From assembly GCA_964578625.1 (NCBI GenBank), contig CAZODQ010000001.1:23401-87400 (forward strand): a stretch of DNA of 64,000 bases, given 5' to 3'. Numbering within the stretch: position 1 is the stretch's first letter; every line of letters starts with the position of its first letter. Shown piece after piece: positions 29,396-38,523 of the stretch. The position numbers and the translations under genes are program-made. Below the pieces are notes generated by a model, which had not been told where the DNA came from, ran no database searches, and was given only the letters and a program-made list of their open reading frames with translations. This DNA is from an uncultured Actinomycetota bacterium (GTDB lineage: Bacteria > Actinomycetota > Humimicrobiia > Humimicrobiales > Humimicrobiaceae).

Positions 29396-30902
29396 CCTTA
29401 TAAAGTTTTAATGTTTCATCGTATCTATCCCAGGTATAAGTTTTTCCTACCTGTTCGGCATCAAATATGGATAACAATGCATTATTATTGCCTACAAAAT
29501 ATACAGTAATGCCGTCATCCAGAGATTTAATCATATCCTCAACCGTATATTCAGGAACCTTATGAGAAATATACTCTATATTTTTTTCACCATATTCATA
29601 TCGATCTACAAACATTCCTATATTGGTTGATTTCGCCAGAACATATACTTTGGAATTACTCTCCATGTTACTGAAAGCTTCGTCCCAGAATTTGTAAACA
29701 TCCGGGGGCTCCGAAAGATCAAGTTTATTATAATTTTTCATAATAAAGTATAATGGCAGAAAAGTAAAAAATAAGATCAATATGACCATTACAAAATATT
29801 TTAAAAAGTTACTAATTTTCGGGATTTTACTGTTCTTAATCAATTTATCAAAAAGAAATATTGACCTATTTAGTATAAATAACATTCCAAATGCTATATA
29901 AAAAGAAAAAACAATCATGGAATTAAGCAGATAATTACGGAGCGCATGACCTGCGTAAAGAGGTGGTATAATAAAATTTAAAATTACCAGCAAAAATGTA
30001 CAAAGGCTAAACTTTAAATTTTTTCTAATTAAAAAGATAAATCCTATCAACGCTATAATTAGAAGTACGATACCATAACTCTGGTAAACCATATTAAGAT
30101 AATCTTTCAATACCTTGAGGATCAATGAAAGATTTTTATCACCAAAACTTCCTCCATGAAGTTCACCTGTTACTTCCCTCCCCATTATATAATAAAAAAA
30201 TCTCAAAGGAGTGGTTACTCCTCCATAACCTTGAAGGGACCTTATAGGAAGATATAAATATGATAGAAGAGGTAGAATAAAATATAATATACTGAGAAGG
30301 ATTGCCTTAATGCTTTTAAAAATCCGTGGATTTACAATAATTACATATAAAACAATGGCCGGAACCAGAAAAAAAGCAAGAGGATGATTGGTCAAACTTA
30401 AACCGAGACAGAAAGAGAAAAAATATAAATATTTTCTTGTTTTATTTTCTTTATAAATAATTGCCGAAAAAAACAACAAAACTATAAAAAAACTGTTTAA
30501 TGTATCAAATTCCAGCCTATTTGCCACTTCCCAGAAAGGCACAATAAAAGCAAATATCATAGAGCTTATAAAGCTTATAAACTCATTTTTTACCAGTTTA
30601 TTTATTGAAAGAAATAAAAATAATAGGGTAAGCGCACCAAATACTGCAGAAAAAAGATTAAGCCTGTAAGCAAGATCAGCAATAGGTAAAAAAGTGAAAA
30701 GTTTCTCCAATAAGGAGAAGGTCGGATACCCGGTGGGCACCATTAAACTCATTTCAGTAACCTGAAGTGCATACCAGCTGGTATCTCCCCCGATTAATTT
30801 ATGCTCCAATGTGAGTATATAAATAACTAGTGGTATAAGAAAAGAGAAAACCGCAAATATGACTTTTTTCTTACCAATAAGGAATTCTTTGATTTTTTGC
30901 AT
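29013..30902 (-). CDS. GT-C superfamily integral membrane glycosyltransferase (ArnT/PMT-like or DUF2723-like) with C-terminal extracytoplasmic DUF11-like domain
   Basis: 629 aa. About 11 hydrophobic segments in the first ~400 aa, with an early Asp-containing loop (IGGDTSWY) as in GT-C enzymes that use polyprenyl-phosphate sugar donors. The C-terminal soluble domain is shared with the CE4 protein. Confidence 0.5.
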   Translation of the reverse strand: MQKIKEFLIGKKKVIFAVFSFLIPLVIYILTLEHKLIGGDTSWYALQVTEMSLMVPTGYPTFSLLEKLFTFLPIADLAYRLNLFSAVFGALTLLFLFLSINKLVKNEFISFISSMIFAFIVPFWEVANRLEFDTLNSFFIVLLFFSAIIYKENKTRKYLYFFSFCLGLSLTNHPLAFFLVPAIVLYVIIVNPRIFKSIKAILLSILYFILPLLSYLYLPIRSLQGYGGVTTPLRFFYYIMGREVTGELHGGSFGDKNLSLILKVLKDYLNMVYQSYGIVLLIIALIGFIFLIRKNLKFSLCTFLLVILNFIIPPLYAGHALRNYLLNSMIVFSFYIAFGMLFILNRSIFLFDKLIKNSKIPKISNFLKYFVMVILILFFTFLPLYFIMKNYNKLDLSEPPDVYKFWDEAFSNMESNSKVYVLAKSTNIGMFVDRYEYGEKNIEYISHKVPEYTVEDMIKSLDDGITVYFVGNNNALLSIFDAEQVGKTYTWDRYDETLKLYKVNETVVNVEIDYYSDSYSRKYGEEFTVEYIISNKNKKSIKISSLELELPDNIKFIGTIPSGYIDQDPGLSRGMYMWVSDSYVIEGEDEINLIVELRGTKPGKSPIKFRLTTNEVYVNCDDIEMEITD

Positions 30903-30939
30903 ATATACTCCTTAAAACAATTTCTTTTATCAAAGCAAC

Positions 30940-31278
30940 CTATAAATTAAATATTATGACTCCTGCAATAACCAAAATATTTCCTAAAACCCTTAATCTG
31001 TCAACATCTTCTTTAAGAACTCTCCATGAAAACAACATAACAAAAAAGTAGCTTAATGCAGTAAAAGAATAAAAATTTGAAAAATCAATCACTCTCATAG
31101 TGATTATGGAAAGTATTGGAACCAGTAAAAATAAAAATATGCTTATCAATAGATATTTATTCTTAAAATTATAAATTAAAGGCTTTTTAAAATCTAACCT
31201 GATAGCTCCCATTTTAAGAATAACCTGAGCCAGAGCGACCAGTAACTGGATAGTGACTGCTAAAAAAATATAAAGCAT
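30940..31278 (-). CDS. Small 4-TM DMT/SMR-like membrane protein (ArnE/ArnF-like)
   Basis: 112 aa. ...WRVLKEDVDRLRVLGNILVIAGVIIF. Adjacent to a second paralog and to GT-C and GT2 genes. Confidence 0.5.
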   Translation of the reverse strand: MLYIFLAVTIQLLVALAQVILKMGAIRLDFKKPLIYNFKNKYLLISIFLFLLVPILSIITMRVIDFSNFYSFTALSYFFVMLFSWRVLKEDVDRLRVLGNILVIAGVIIFNL

Positions 31279-31281
31279 ATA

Positions 31282-31656
31282 TCAGACTCCTTCCAGCTTT
31301 TTACTGGACATGGTTATAATAATAACTCCGGACACTATTACAGCGGAACCTATTATTTTCATTAAAGTGATGTCTTCCCCAAATAAAATCTTCCCCAAAA
31401 ACAATGAAAAAAAGTAATTTAAACTTAAGAACGGATATATAAAAGACAGCTGAAATTTTCTATGCAGAATAAGCCAGAATGTAAATTTCAAACCGTAGGT
31501 CAGTATAAGAACAGATAACCAAAGGATAAAAATACTTGAGATATTAAGATTTATACCAATATATTTACCCGCTATTATACTTAATAAACTAATGCTGATA
31601 TTAAGGATGATTATAAGGATATAAAAAAATTTTTTACTGGTGTCTCTAAATTTCAT
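31282..31656 (-). CDS. Small 4-TM DMT/SMR-like membrane protein (ArnE/ArnF-like)
   Basis: 124 aa. ...ILFGEDITLMKIIGSAVIVSGVIIITMS. Forms a pair with 30940..31278, like ArnE/ArnF heterodimers. Confidence 0.5.
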   Translation of the reverse strand: MKFRDTSKKFFYILIIILNISISLLSIIAGKYIGINLNISSIFILWLSVLILTYGLKFTFWLILHRKFQLSFIYPFLSLNYFFSLFLGKILFGEDITLMKIIGSAVIVSGVIIITMSSKKLEGV

Positions 31657-31901
31657 CTTTTATTTTTTAATGATTTAAATCAAATAAACATCGTGAAACA
31701 CATTTTATATCAGAATTAATTAAATTATAAGTTTTTTTTATAGTGTATATAAAAGCATAAAAAAATCTTAAAGCCTATTATTTTTTGTGTTATAGTTATA
31801 AAATTATTTAAATTGAACAACAGTAAAATATCTTACATACGGACAATCTTTTATTCAATTGTAACTGAGTTATAAATAAGAGTCTTGATAACAAAATTAA
31901 T

Positions 31902-32858
31902 ATGATAAAGAAATTATTAGTGGCAATTCCTGCCTACAATGAAGAAGAAAAAATAGGTGAAGTAATACAAAACACCCCAAAAAAAATTGAAGGTGTATCT
32001 AAAGTCCATATACTGGTTATTGATGATGGCAGCACAGATAAAACTGTAAAAATTGCCAGGGGTTTACGTGCAGAAGTTATAAAAAATTATCACAATATGG
32101 GATACGGAGTAGCGTTTGGCAAAGCCCTGCAATATGCAGTGGATCATGACTTTGATTTAATGGTCAGTATTGACGGAGATGCTCAATTTGATCCAAAAGA
32201 TATTCCCAAACTTATTAGTCCGATTATAAAAGATGAAGCCGATCTGGTAACTGCATCAAGATTTATCAATAAAAGCTATTACCCTAAAATGCCTTTATCC
32301 AAATTCTGGGGGAATAAGTTAATGTCAATTTTAATCAGTAAACTGATCGGTAAAAAATTTTATGACGTCTCATGCGGATTCAGAGCATACTCACAAAAAA
32401 CTCTGCTTTCGCTAAATCTTCATGGAAAATTTACTTTTTCTCAAGAAACCTTTATTGACCTGTCATTCAAAGGGCTGAAGATCCTGGAAATCCCTATAAA
32501 GGTCAGATACTTTCCTTCACGAGTTTCAAAAATTTCCTCTAATCTTTTCACATATGGAATAAATGCTCTTAAAATTATTATTGAGACTTACCGTGACTAT
32601 AAGCCGTTTACTTTTTTTTCCTATATTGCCCTCTTCTTTTTTATAATAAGTATCTTTTTCGGATCAATTTTACTGTATACATATATTTCAATAGGATCAT
32701 TCCATCCAAATGTCTGGTCAGGATTTGTGGGAGGTACTTTCCTTTTTATCTCCATTATTTTTTTTATAGTCGGCATATCAGCAGATATAATCAAAAGAAT
32801 AAGAGTTAACCAGGAAGAAATTTTATATCTCTTAAAAAGAAATTCTCAAAGAAAATAA
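31902..32858 (+). CDS. GT2 polyprenyl-phosphate sugar synthase (ArnC/DPM1/GtrB-like) with C-terminal TM helices
   Basis: 318 aa. LVAIPAYNEEEKI...VIDDGSTDKT...DGDAQFD and two C-terminal TM helices (FFSYIALFFFIISIFFGSILLY; FLFISIIFFIVGISADI), the ArnC/GtrB architecture. Confidence 0.75.
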   Translation: MIKKLLVAIPAYNEEEKIGEVIQNTPKKIEGVSKVHILVIDDGSTDKTVKIARGLRAEVIKNYHNMGYGVAFGKALQYAVDHDFDLMVSIDGDAQFDPKDIPKLISPIIKDEADLVTASRFINKSYYPKMPLSKFWGNKLMSILISKLIGKKFYDVSCGFRAYSQKTLLSLNLHGKFTFSQETFIDLSFKGLKILEIPIKVRYFPSRVSKISSNLFTYGINALKIIIETYRDYKPFTFFSYIALFFFIISIFFGSILLYTYISIGSFHPNVWSGFVGGTFLFISIIFFIVGISADIIKRIRVNQEEILYLLKRNSQRK

Positions 32859-33155
32859 TTTAATAATACAACTTATACTTAAGATAATTTAAGTCAAATA
32901 AAATAAAAAATAGTATAATATTAAAAATGAAAAGAATTTTGTTTATAAAAATACTATATTACCTTTTTTATACATCTGTCTTTCTACTTGCATTAATCGT
33001 TTTCTTAGAAATTACAAAATTTAATTTCTATAATAATTACCTGAAAGATTTTTTTAATAAAATTTTTAGTATCTTAAATTTCTAATATTATTCTTATCCT
33101 GTTTTCTTAAATAAAGACATTTACAAATTTATTTTTAATGAAATAATACCAGTTT

Positions 33156-34553
33156 ATGAAGATATTTCTTTTATTTACTGAGATAAATCAAAAATTCGGA
33201 CCTTTATACTATCAGCATGGGCTGGCTTCTATTTCAGCCTTACTTAAAAAAAATGGAGTCCGATCCATCTCTCTAATACACTTTACCAGGGAACCCAATC
33301 TTAAAAAATGGGAGTCGCATATTAAGGAACAAAAACCAGACTTAATAGGTATTTATTCGACAACAGAGCAGTTTCACTTCATAAAGGGACTTGTCGGTAA
33401 AGTCCCCCGGGGCATATTTACAATTTGCGGAGGACCACACCCCACCTCTTATCCAATGTGCATTGAAGATATTCCACGATTGGATGCAATTTGTATAGGA
33501 GAGGGAGAGTATCCCGTATTAGAACTGGTAAATTCTTTAAAAGAAGGCAGAGATTATAGCAAGATAAAGAATCTATGGGTCAGAAAAGATGGGAATATTA
33601 TAAGGAATAAAACAAGACCGTTTATAACTGATTTAAATGAACTCCCATTTGAAGACCGTGAACTTTTCAATCACCAGAAATCGATTGACAAGTATGGTTT
33701 TGCACAGGTGCGGGTATTAACAACCAGAGGCTGCCCATACCAATGTACTTATTGTGCAAACAGGCAGATAAGTAAATCTCAGCCCGGAAGTTATGTCCGC
33801 TTCCGTTCTGCTGTACATATCATGGATGAGTTAAATTACCTTAATAGAAAGTATAAGTTCAAGGAAATCTTCTTTGATGACGATATTTTTATGATGAATA
33901 GAACAATCCGCAAGAAATTTTGTGAAAGATATCCAATGGAAATTGGCAAACCTTTCGTTTTCAGCGGATATATTAATATTTGCAATGAAGAAATGCTAAA
34001 AGAACTGAGAGAAGCAGGCGGGCGTAGAATCGATTTTGGTGTAGAATCCGGTAATGAGGAACTGCGGCAAAAAATCTTAAAGAGGAATATGACAGACATA
34101 CAAATTTTAGAAACTGCAAACATGGCCAGGAGAATCGGATTTCAGATTAAAACTCTGAACATGGTCGGGCTTCCCGGAGAAACCATTGAGAAACATCTGG
34201 ACACTGTAAATCTGAACAATGAAATAAAACCGGACGTAGCAAGCATATTCATATTCTATCCTTATCCCGGTACAGAATTATATGAATATTGTATCAAAAA
34301 GGGATATTTTAATCCTGATGAACCTCTGCCCAAAGGGTATATTTCACGGAGAAATTCATTACTTGATCTTCCTGATTTTTCTAGAAATGATATCGCGAAA
34401 TGTTTCCAGAGATTTGGGTTCCGTGTTTTTAAGAAGATTTCTGTAATGAAAGCTATTGAATATGCTGTCATATATTCTAAACATGGTGAACTTATTATGA
34501 GGATTACTTCAAAGCTTCGGAATATAATCATTAAGTTACTGCCAGGATTTTAA
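33156..34553 (+). CDS. B12-binding domain radical SAM protein (class B radical SAM)
   Basis: 465 aa. N-terminal cobalamin-binding-like Rossmann region (IGIYSTTEQF...ICGGPHPTSYP...DAICIGEGE) followed by the radical SAM cluster motif CPYQCTYC. Confidence 0.75.
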   Translation: MKIFLLFTEINQKFGPLYYQHGLASISALLKKNGVRSISLIHFTREPNLKKWESHIKEQKPDLIGIYSTTEQFHFIKGLVGKVPRGIFTICGGPHPTSYPMCIEDIPRLDAICIGEGEYPVLELVNSLKEGRDYSKIKNLWVRKDGNIIRNKTRPFITDLNELPFEDRELFNHQKSIDKYGFAQVRVLTTRGCPYQCTYCANRQISKSQPGSYVRFRSAVHIMDELNYLNRKYKFKEIFFDDDIFMMNRTIRKKFCERYPMEIGKPFVFSGYINICNEEMLKELREAGGRRIDFGVESGNEELRQKILKRNMTDIQILETANMARRIGFQIKTLNMVGLPGETIEKHLDTVNLNNEIKPDVASIFIFYPYPGTELYEYCIKKGYFNPDEPLPKGYISRRNSLLDLPDFSRNDIAKCFQRFGFRVFKKISVMKAIEYAVIYSKHGELIMRITSKLRNIIIKLLPGF

Positions 34554-34602
34554 TTTCTTCCCTGATTTAAAATAACTACCTGGTGAGATTTTTTATAGAA
34601 CA

Positions 34603-35643
34603 TCAAATATTTTGATTTTTATGATCATTTGATATTTCCGGTTTTATTCTTTTAGACCTGCCTTCAAAATAGGGTCTTGCAGTATATATAATTCCCCCCA
34701 GTACTCCCATTAGAACTATCATAAACAATATCAGAAGAGAACATAAAGCAGCTTTCTCGTTAGTAACCCCCATAGCTACCAGAATAAAGACCAGAGAATT
34801 TTCCCTCAATCCGATACCGCCAATGGAAATGGGGATCATGGCTATTATTGCCACTATCGGCACAATAAAAATAAATGCGGTCAAGCTTAGGTTTATTCCT
34901 AGGGCTCTGGCTGCTAAAAACCAGTTAAGTATAACTGAAAACTGAAGAAGAAAACTGAATACCAGCACTACGACAAGAGCTTCCTTATACTTTTTAAAAC
35001 TCAACAGGGTCTTATAAACATTAGACAGCTTTTCATTTATTTTACGCATAAATTTAAACTTATTGGAAATCTTACCCAATCCGAAAAAAGAAGGATTGAT
35101 AATAAGGAAAGCTATGATCACAGTTATTACGAAAAATATGACAATTGGAATTATTACCGACCGGTGGCCGATAGCCGTAAATCCTAAAAATAAAGCTATA
35201 ACCGCATAAATAGCTGCGCTTACCACTCCGGAAAATCTTTCAACTATGATCACTGAAACAGATTTTCCCATAGGAATGTCAGCTTTTTTTGAAGCATCAT
35301 AACTCCTGAATACATCTCCTCCTATACTGGTAGGTAAAAAATTATTAAAAAAAGAGCCAATAAGAACTGTAACACTCAATGAAGCAGTACTTAATCTTAC
35401 ATCCTGCGTATTTAAAAGAACCTTCCATCTCACAGCAGTTATATAGGTCCCCAGAGCATGAGTGGAGAGCGAAAGTAAAAGTAAGACTTTATTTGATGAT
35501 TTCAAAATCTCAATTATACTGGAGAAATCTTTCATTTGTGTCTTAACCAGAAAAGCAATAAGGGAAGCACTGATTATGACTCTGGCTAAAAGAAGTATTA
35601 TCTTCTTATTTTTTATGTAAAAAGAGACGATCCTATTTTTCAT
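34603..35643 (-). CDS. Flippase-like polytopic membrane protein (LPG_synthase_TM / PF03706-like)
   Basis: 346 aa, about 8 TM. Central NFLPTSIGGDVFRSY motif characteristic of this family. Paralogs at 41009..42025 and 50496..51581. Confidence 0.55.
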   Translation of the reverse strand: MKNRIVSFYIKNKKIILLLARVIISASLIAFLVKTQMKDFSSIIEILKSSNKVLLLLSLSTHALGTYITAVRWKVLLNTQDVRLSTASLSVTVLIGSFFNNFLPTSIGGDVFRSYDASKKADIPMGKSVSVIIVERFSGVVSAAIYAVIALFLGFTAIGHRSVIIPIVIFFVITVIIAFLIINPSFFGLGKISNKFKFMRKINEKLSNVYKTLLSFKKYKEALVVVLVFSFLLQFSVILNWFLAARALGINLSLTAFIFIVPIVAIIAMIPISIGGIGLRENSLVFILVAMGVTNEKAALCSLLILFMIVLMGVLGGIIYTARPYFEGRSKRIKPEISNDHKNQNI

Positions 35644-35666
35644 TTTTAATCGAATCAGCTGTTTAA

Positions 35667-36410
35667 TTATTTTCTAAATTTGGCAACTCTTGCGGGTACT
35701 CCTGCAGCTATAGAGAAAGGCGGAATATCTTTTGAAACTACAGCGCCTGCTGCAATAATGGTATCTTTTCCAATAATAATACCGTCAAAAATCAAAGCGC
35801 CTGCACCTATCCAGCAATTCTTTTTTATCTTTATGCCATAAGAAGGCTTTTCCTGCTCAGATATGGGAACATCTATTCTGGAATACTCATGTCCACCACC
35901 AATAATATAAACATATGCGGAAATTAATGTATTTTCACCAATGGTTACATTACTTGCCGAAATTATCTCACAGTTAAATCCTATAACTACATTTTTTTCC
36001 AGTACTATATCGCCATTTTTACAGCTTAATATACTGCCTCTGCCTATAAAAATATTTCTTCCTATGCTAATTCCATTGTTGTCCAGTCCTTTGGCATCGA
36101 GAACACAATAATCATCTATTACTACATTATCTTCAATGGATATTTTATGAGGATGCCTTATAGTTACAGACTTCCCAAAACTGACTCCCTTCCCTACTTT
36201 CTTAAAAAGCAAGGGAAAGAATAAATTTCTAAAAAAGATACCAATAGCTCCAGGCATGTCCTGAAACAGTGTAATTATCAATTCATATTTCAGTAAACTA
36301 AAAAAACCTTTTTTCCCTACAAATAAATCTATATATTTGGCAATTTTTGACCTATCTCTGGCAAAAAGCGTTTTCTGTATCTTGTCTTCATATTTTTCTA
36401 TTTCAATCAA
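35667..36410 (-). CDS. Hexapeptide-repeat (left-handed beta-helix) sugar O-/N-acetyltransferase
   Basis: 247 aa. Tandem hexapeptide repeats (IGRNIFIGRGSILSC, VVIGFNCEIISASNVTIGENTLISAYVYIIGG, IGAGALIFDGIIIGKDTIIAAGAVV). Confidence 0.75.
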   Translation of the reverse strand: MIEIEKYEDKIQKTLFARDRSKIAKYIDLFVGKKGFFSLLKYELIITLFQDMPGAIGIFFRNLFFPLLFKKVGKGVSFGKSVTIRHPHKISIEDNVVIDDYCVLDAKGLDNNGISIGRNIFIGRGSILSCKNGDIVLEKNVVIGFNCEIISASNVTIGENTLISAYVYIIGGGHEYSRIDVPISEQEKPSYGIKIKKNCWIGAGALIFDGIIIGKDTIIAAGAVVSKDIPPFSIAAGVPARVAKFRK

Positions 36411-36536
36411 CTCCTTTTCCGATAATAAAGAATAAGCTCTAAAAAATTAAATAAAACACTTCTTTCCAGGACGAGTAAAACTGCAATCGGTTTAATAAAT
36501 TAAAGCTGCCTTCTTCTTTAGCTGAAATATCTTTTC

Positions 36537-37535
36537 TTAGTTTCTTAAATGATCCCTTATAAAAATTCCAAGATATTCTAAAGGAATACCCAAAAAAGAT
36601 TTCCTCCCGATCCTATCGCAATCCCTGCAGGGAACTATATTATCAATTATACTAGATTTAAATGCTTTTCTTATACTCCTTATAATTTCATTATTAAAAA
36701 TTTCATCAATCCTGCTTTCATTAATATCCCCCAGACAGATTTTACCCTCAAAATCCTGGGGACATAAGAATACCCTTCCATCATAAAATATAGTCAGCGA
36801 GTACCACGGAAAAGTGCAGGAAGTGACTTTTTTATCTTTAATTTTTTTATCAATTCCGCCTGTTTTAAACAGGCCCCCCCAATTATGAGGGGCTCTTGTT
36901 ACCATTTTATCCAGAGGAAGATCCTTAAAATTCTTTAAAAAATTTTTCTTTTGTTCTGCCAACTTTTTTTTAGATGGTCCTGACTCATTCTGTATGACCT
37001 GGATAACTGTATACGGCTTTTTTGATTTTAACTGTTTTTTTATTTTAAGAAAATCAATTATATTGGTTAAACTCTCATCAAACCTTGCACCAGACCTGTT
37101 TCTTTCATACACTTCTTTGGTATAACCATCAAATGAGAACGAAATAAAGTCCAGGCCTGCTAATATCATGTCTTTGCCAAGTTCTTTATCCAAAAGAGTA
37201 GCATTGGTATGAATTCTGGTTTTAACTCCACTTTTACCGGCATAAGCGATCATTGGTATTATATTGTTATTGAGCAGCGGCTCTCCTCTATGAAATAAAT
37301 TGACATCTTGGACTTTCCCCGCGATTTCATCGATTATTCTTTTATAAAGATCGAAACTCATATCCCCTTTTTGATATGGCAGAAGGTTTTTATTCACGCA
37401 AAACCGGCACTTTAAATTACATCTGCTTGATAATTCTATCCATATTCTGATGGGATGATAATTACAATTCGTCTTTTTAAAATAGTAATTTATATAAATC
37501 CTAAGCAGATCAAGAACACGATTTAACTTACTCAT
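36537..37535 (-). CDS. Radical SAM / SPASM-domain protein
   Basis: 332 aa. CNLKCRFC CxxxCxxC motif near the N-terminus. Cys-rich C-terminal region (TSCTFPW...LCPQD...VPCRDCDR) consistent with an auxiliary Fe-S (SPASM/twitch) domain. Confidence 0.75.
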   Translation of the reverse strand: MSKLNRVLDLLRIYINYYFKKTNCNYHPIRIWIELSSRCNLKCRFCVNKNLLPYQKGDMSFDLYKRIIDEIAGKVQDVNLFHRGEPLLNNNIIPMIAYAGKSGVKTRIHTNATLLDKELGKDMILAGLDFISFSFDGYTKEVYERNRSGARFDESLTNIIDFLKIKKQLKSKKPYTVIQVIQNESGPSKKKLAEQKKNFLKNFKDLPLDKMVTRAPHNWGGLFKTGGIDKKIKDKKVTSCTFPWYSLTIFYDGRVFLCPQDFEGKICLGDINESRIDEIFNNEIIRSIRKAFKSSIIDNIVPCRDCDRIGRKSFLGIPLEYLGIFIRDHLRN

Positions 37536-37548
37536 TATAAGTTCATAT

Positions 37549-38523
37549 TTACTTTAGAATCATTTCCTTTACCACGTATGTAGATCTATTTCGAACTTCA
37601 TGATGTACCCGCATAAGCACTTCTGCAAGAAGCCCCATAGTAATAAGCTGGATTCCTATAAAAATCATAAATATTGACAGGATAAATAACGGTCTCTCCG
37701 AAAGGGGTTGATTGAAAAATATCCTCATTATAATCAGGTAAGCAGTCATGATAAAACCAGCAGTAGCTGAAAATAATCCCAGCACTCCGAATATCTGGAT
37801 CGGACTCTGCGAATAACTTAAAAGAAATTTTACTGTGATTATATCAAGAATCACCTTTATAGTCCTGGATACTCCATATTTGGATCTTCCATACTTTCTG
37901 CTGTGATGTCTCACAGGAACCTCCGCCACCCTTACTCCCATCCAGCTTGCTATGGCAGGAATATATCGATGCATTTCACCATACAGGTCAATATTTTTTA
38001 TCACTTCTCTCTTGTATGCCTTTAGGGTGCACCCATAATCATGAAGATAAACTCCGGTAAGCTTTGATATTATTCTATTTGCAATAATTGAGGGGAACCT
38101 CCTGGTAATAGCTTTATCTTTTCTATTCACACGCCATCCGCTTACAATATCATAACCTTCATTTAACTTCTCCAGTAGAAGTGGTATATCACGTGGATCA
38201 TTTTGTAAATCTGCATCCAGAGTTATTATGACTTTGCCCTCTGCAAAATCAAAACCTGCGCTAATAGCTGATGTCTGTCCGAAATTTTTTCTAAAACTGA
38301 TGATTTTAAACAATTTATTTTCATTATTGACGTTTACAAGTTCATTAAAAGTGCCATCTGTACTTCCATCATCTATTAGCAGCACTTCATACTTCAAAGT
38401 CATCCCGGAGAGAGTTTTATAAAGTTCTTTATAAAGTTTTAAAATACTTTCTTTTTCATTATAAATAGGAATGACAATAGATAGATCAATGTCAGATTTA
38501 AGTTTTTTTGAAACTTTATTCAT
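37549..38523 (-). CDS. GT2 polyprenyl-phosphate sugar synthase (ArnC/DPM1-like) with C-terminal TM helices
   Basis: 324 aa. LSIVIPIYNEKESI...LLIDDGSTDGT...DADLQNDP, then two C-terminal TM segments. Overlaps the downstream SDR gene by 8 nt. Confidence 0.8.
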   Translation of the reverse strand: MNKVSKKLKSDIDLSIVIPIYNEKESILKLYKELYKTLSGMTLKYEVLLIDDGSTDGTFNELVNVNNENKLFKIISFRKNFGQTSAISAGFDFAEGKVIITLDADLQNDPRDIPLLLEKLNEGYDIVSGWRVNRKDKAITRRFPSIIANRIISKLTGVYLHDYGCTLKAYKREVIKNIDLYGEMHRYIPAIASWMGVRVAEVPVRHHSRKYGRSKYGVSRTIKVILDIITVKFLLSYSQSPIQIFGVLGLFSATAGFIMTAYLIIMRIFFNQPLSERPLFILSIFMIFIGIQLITMGLLAEVLMRVHHEVRNRSTYVVKEMILK

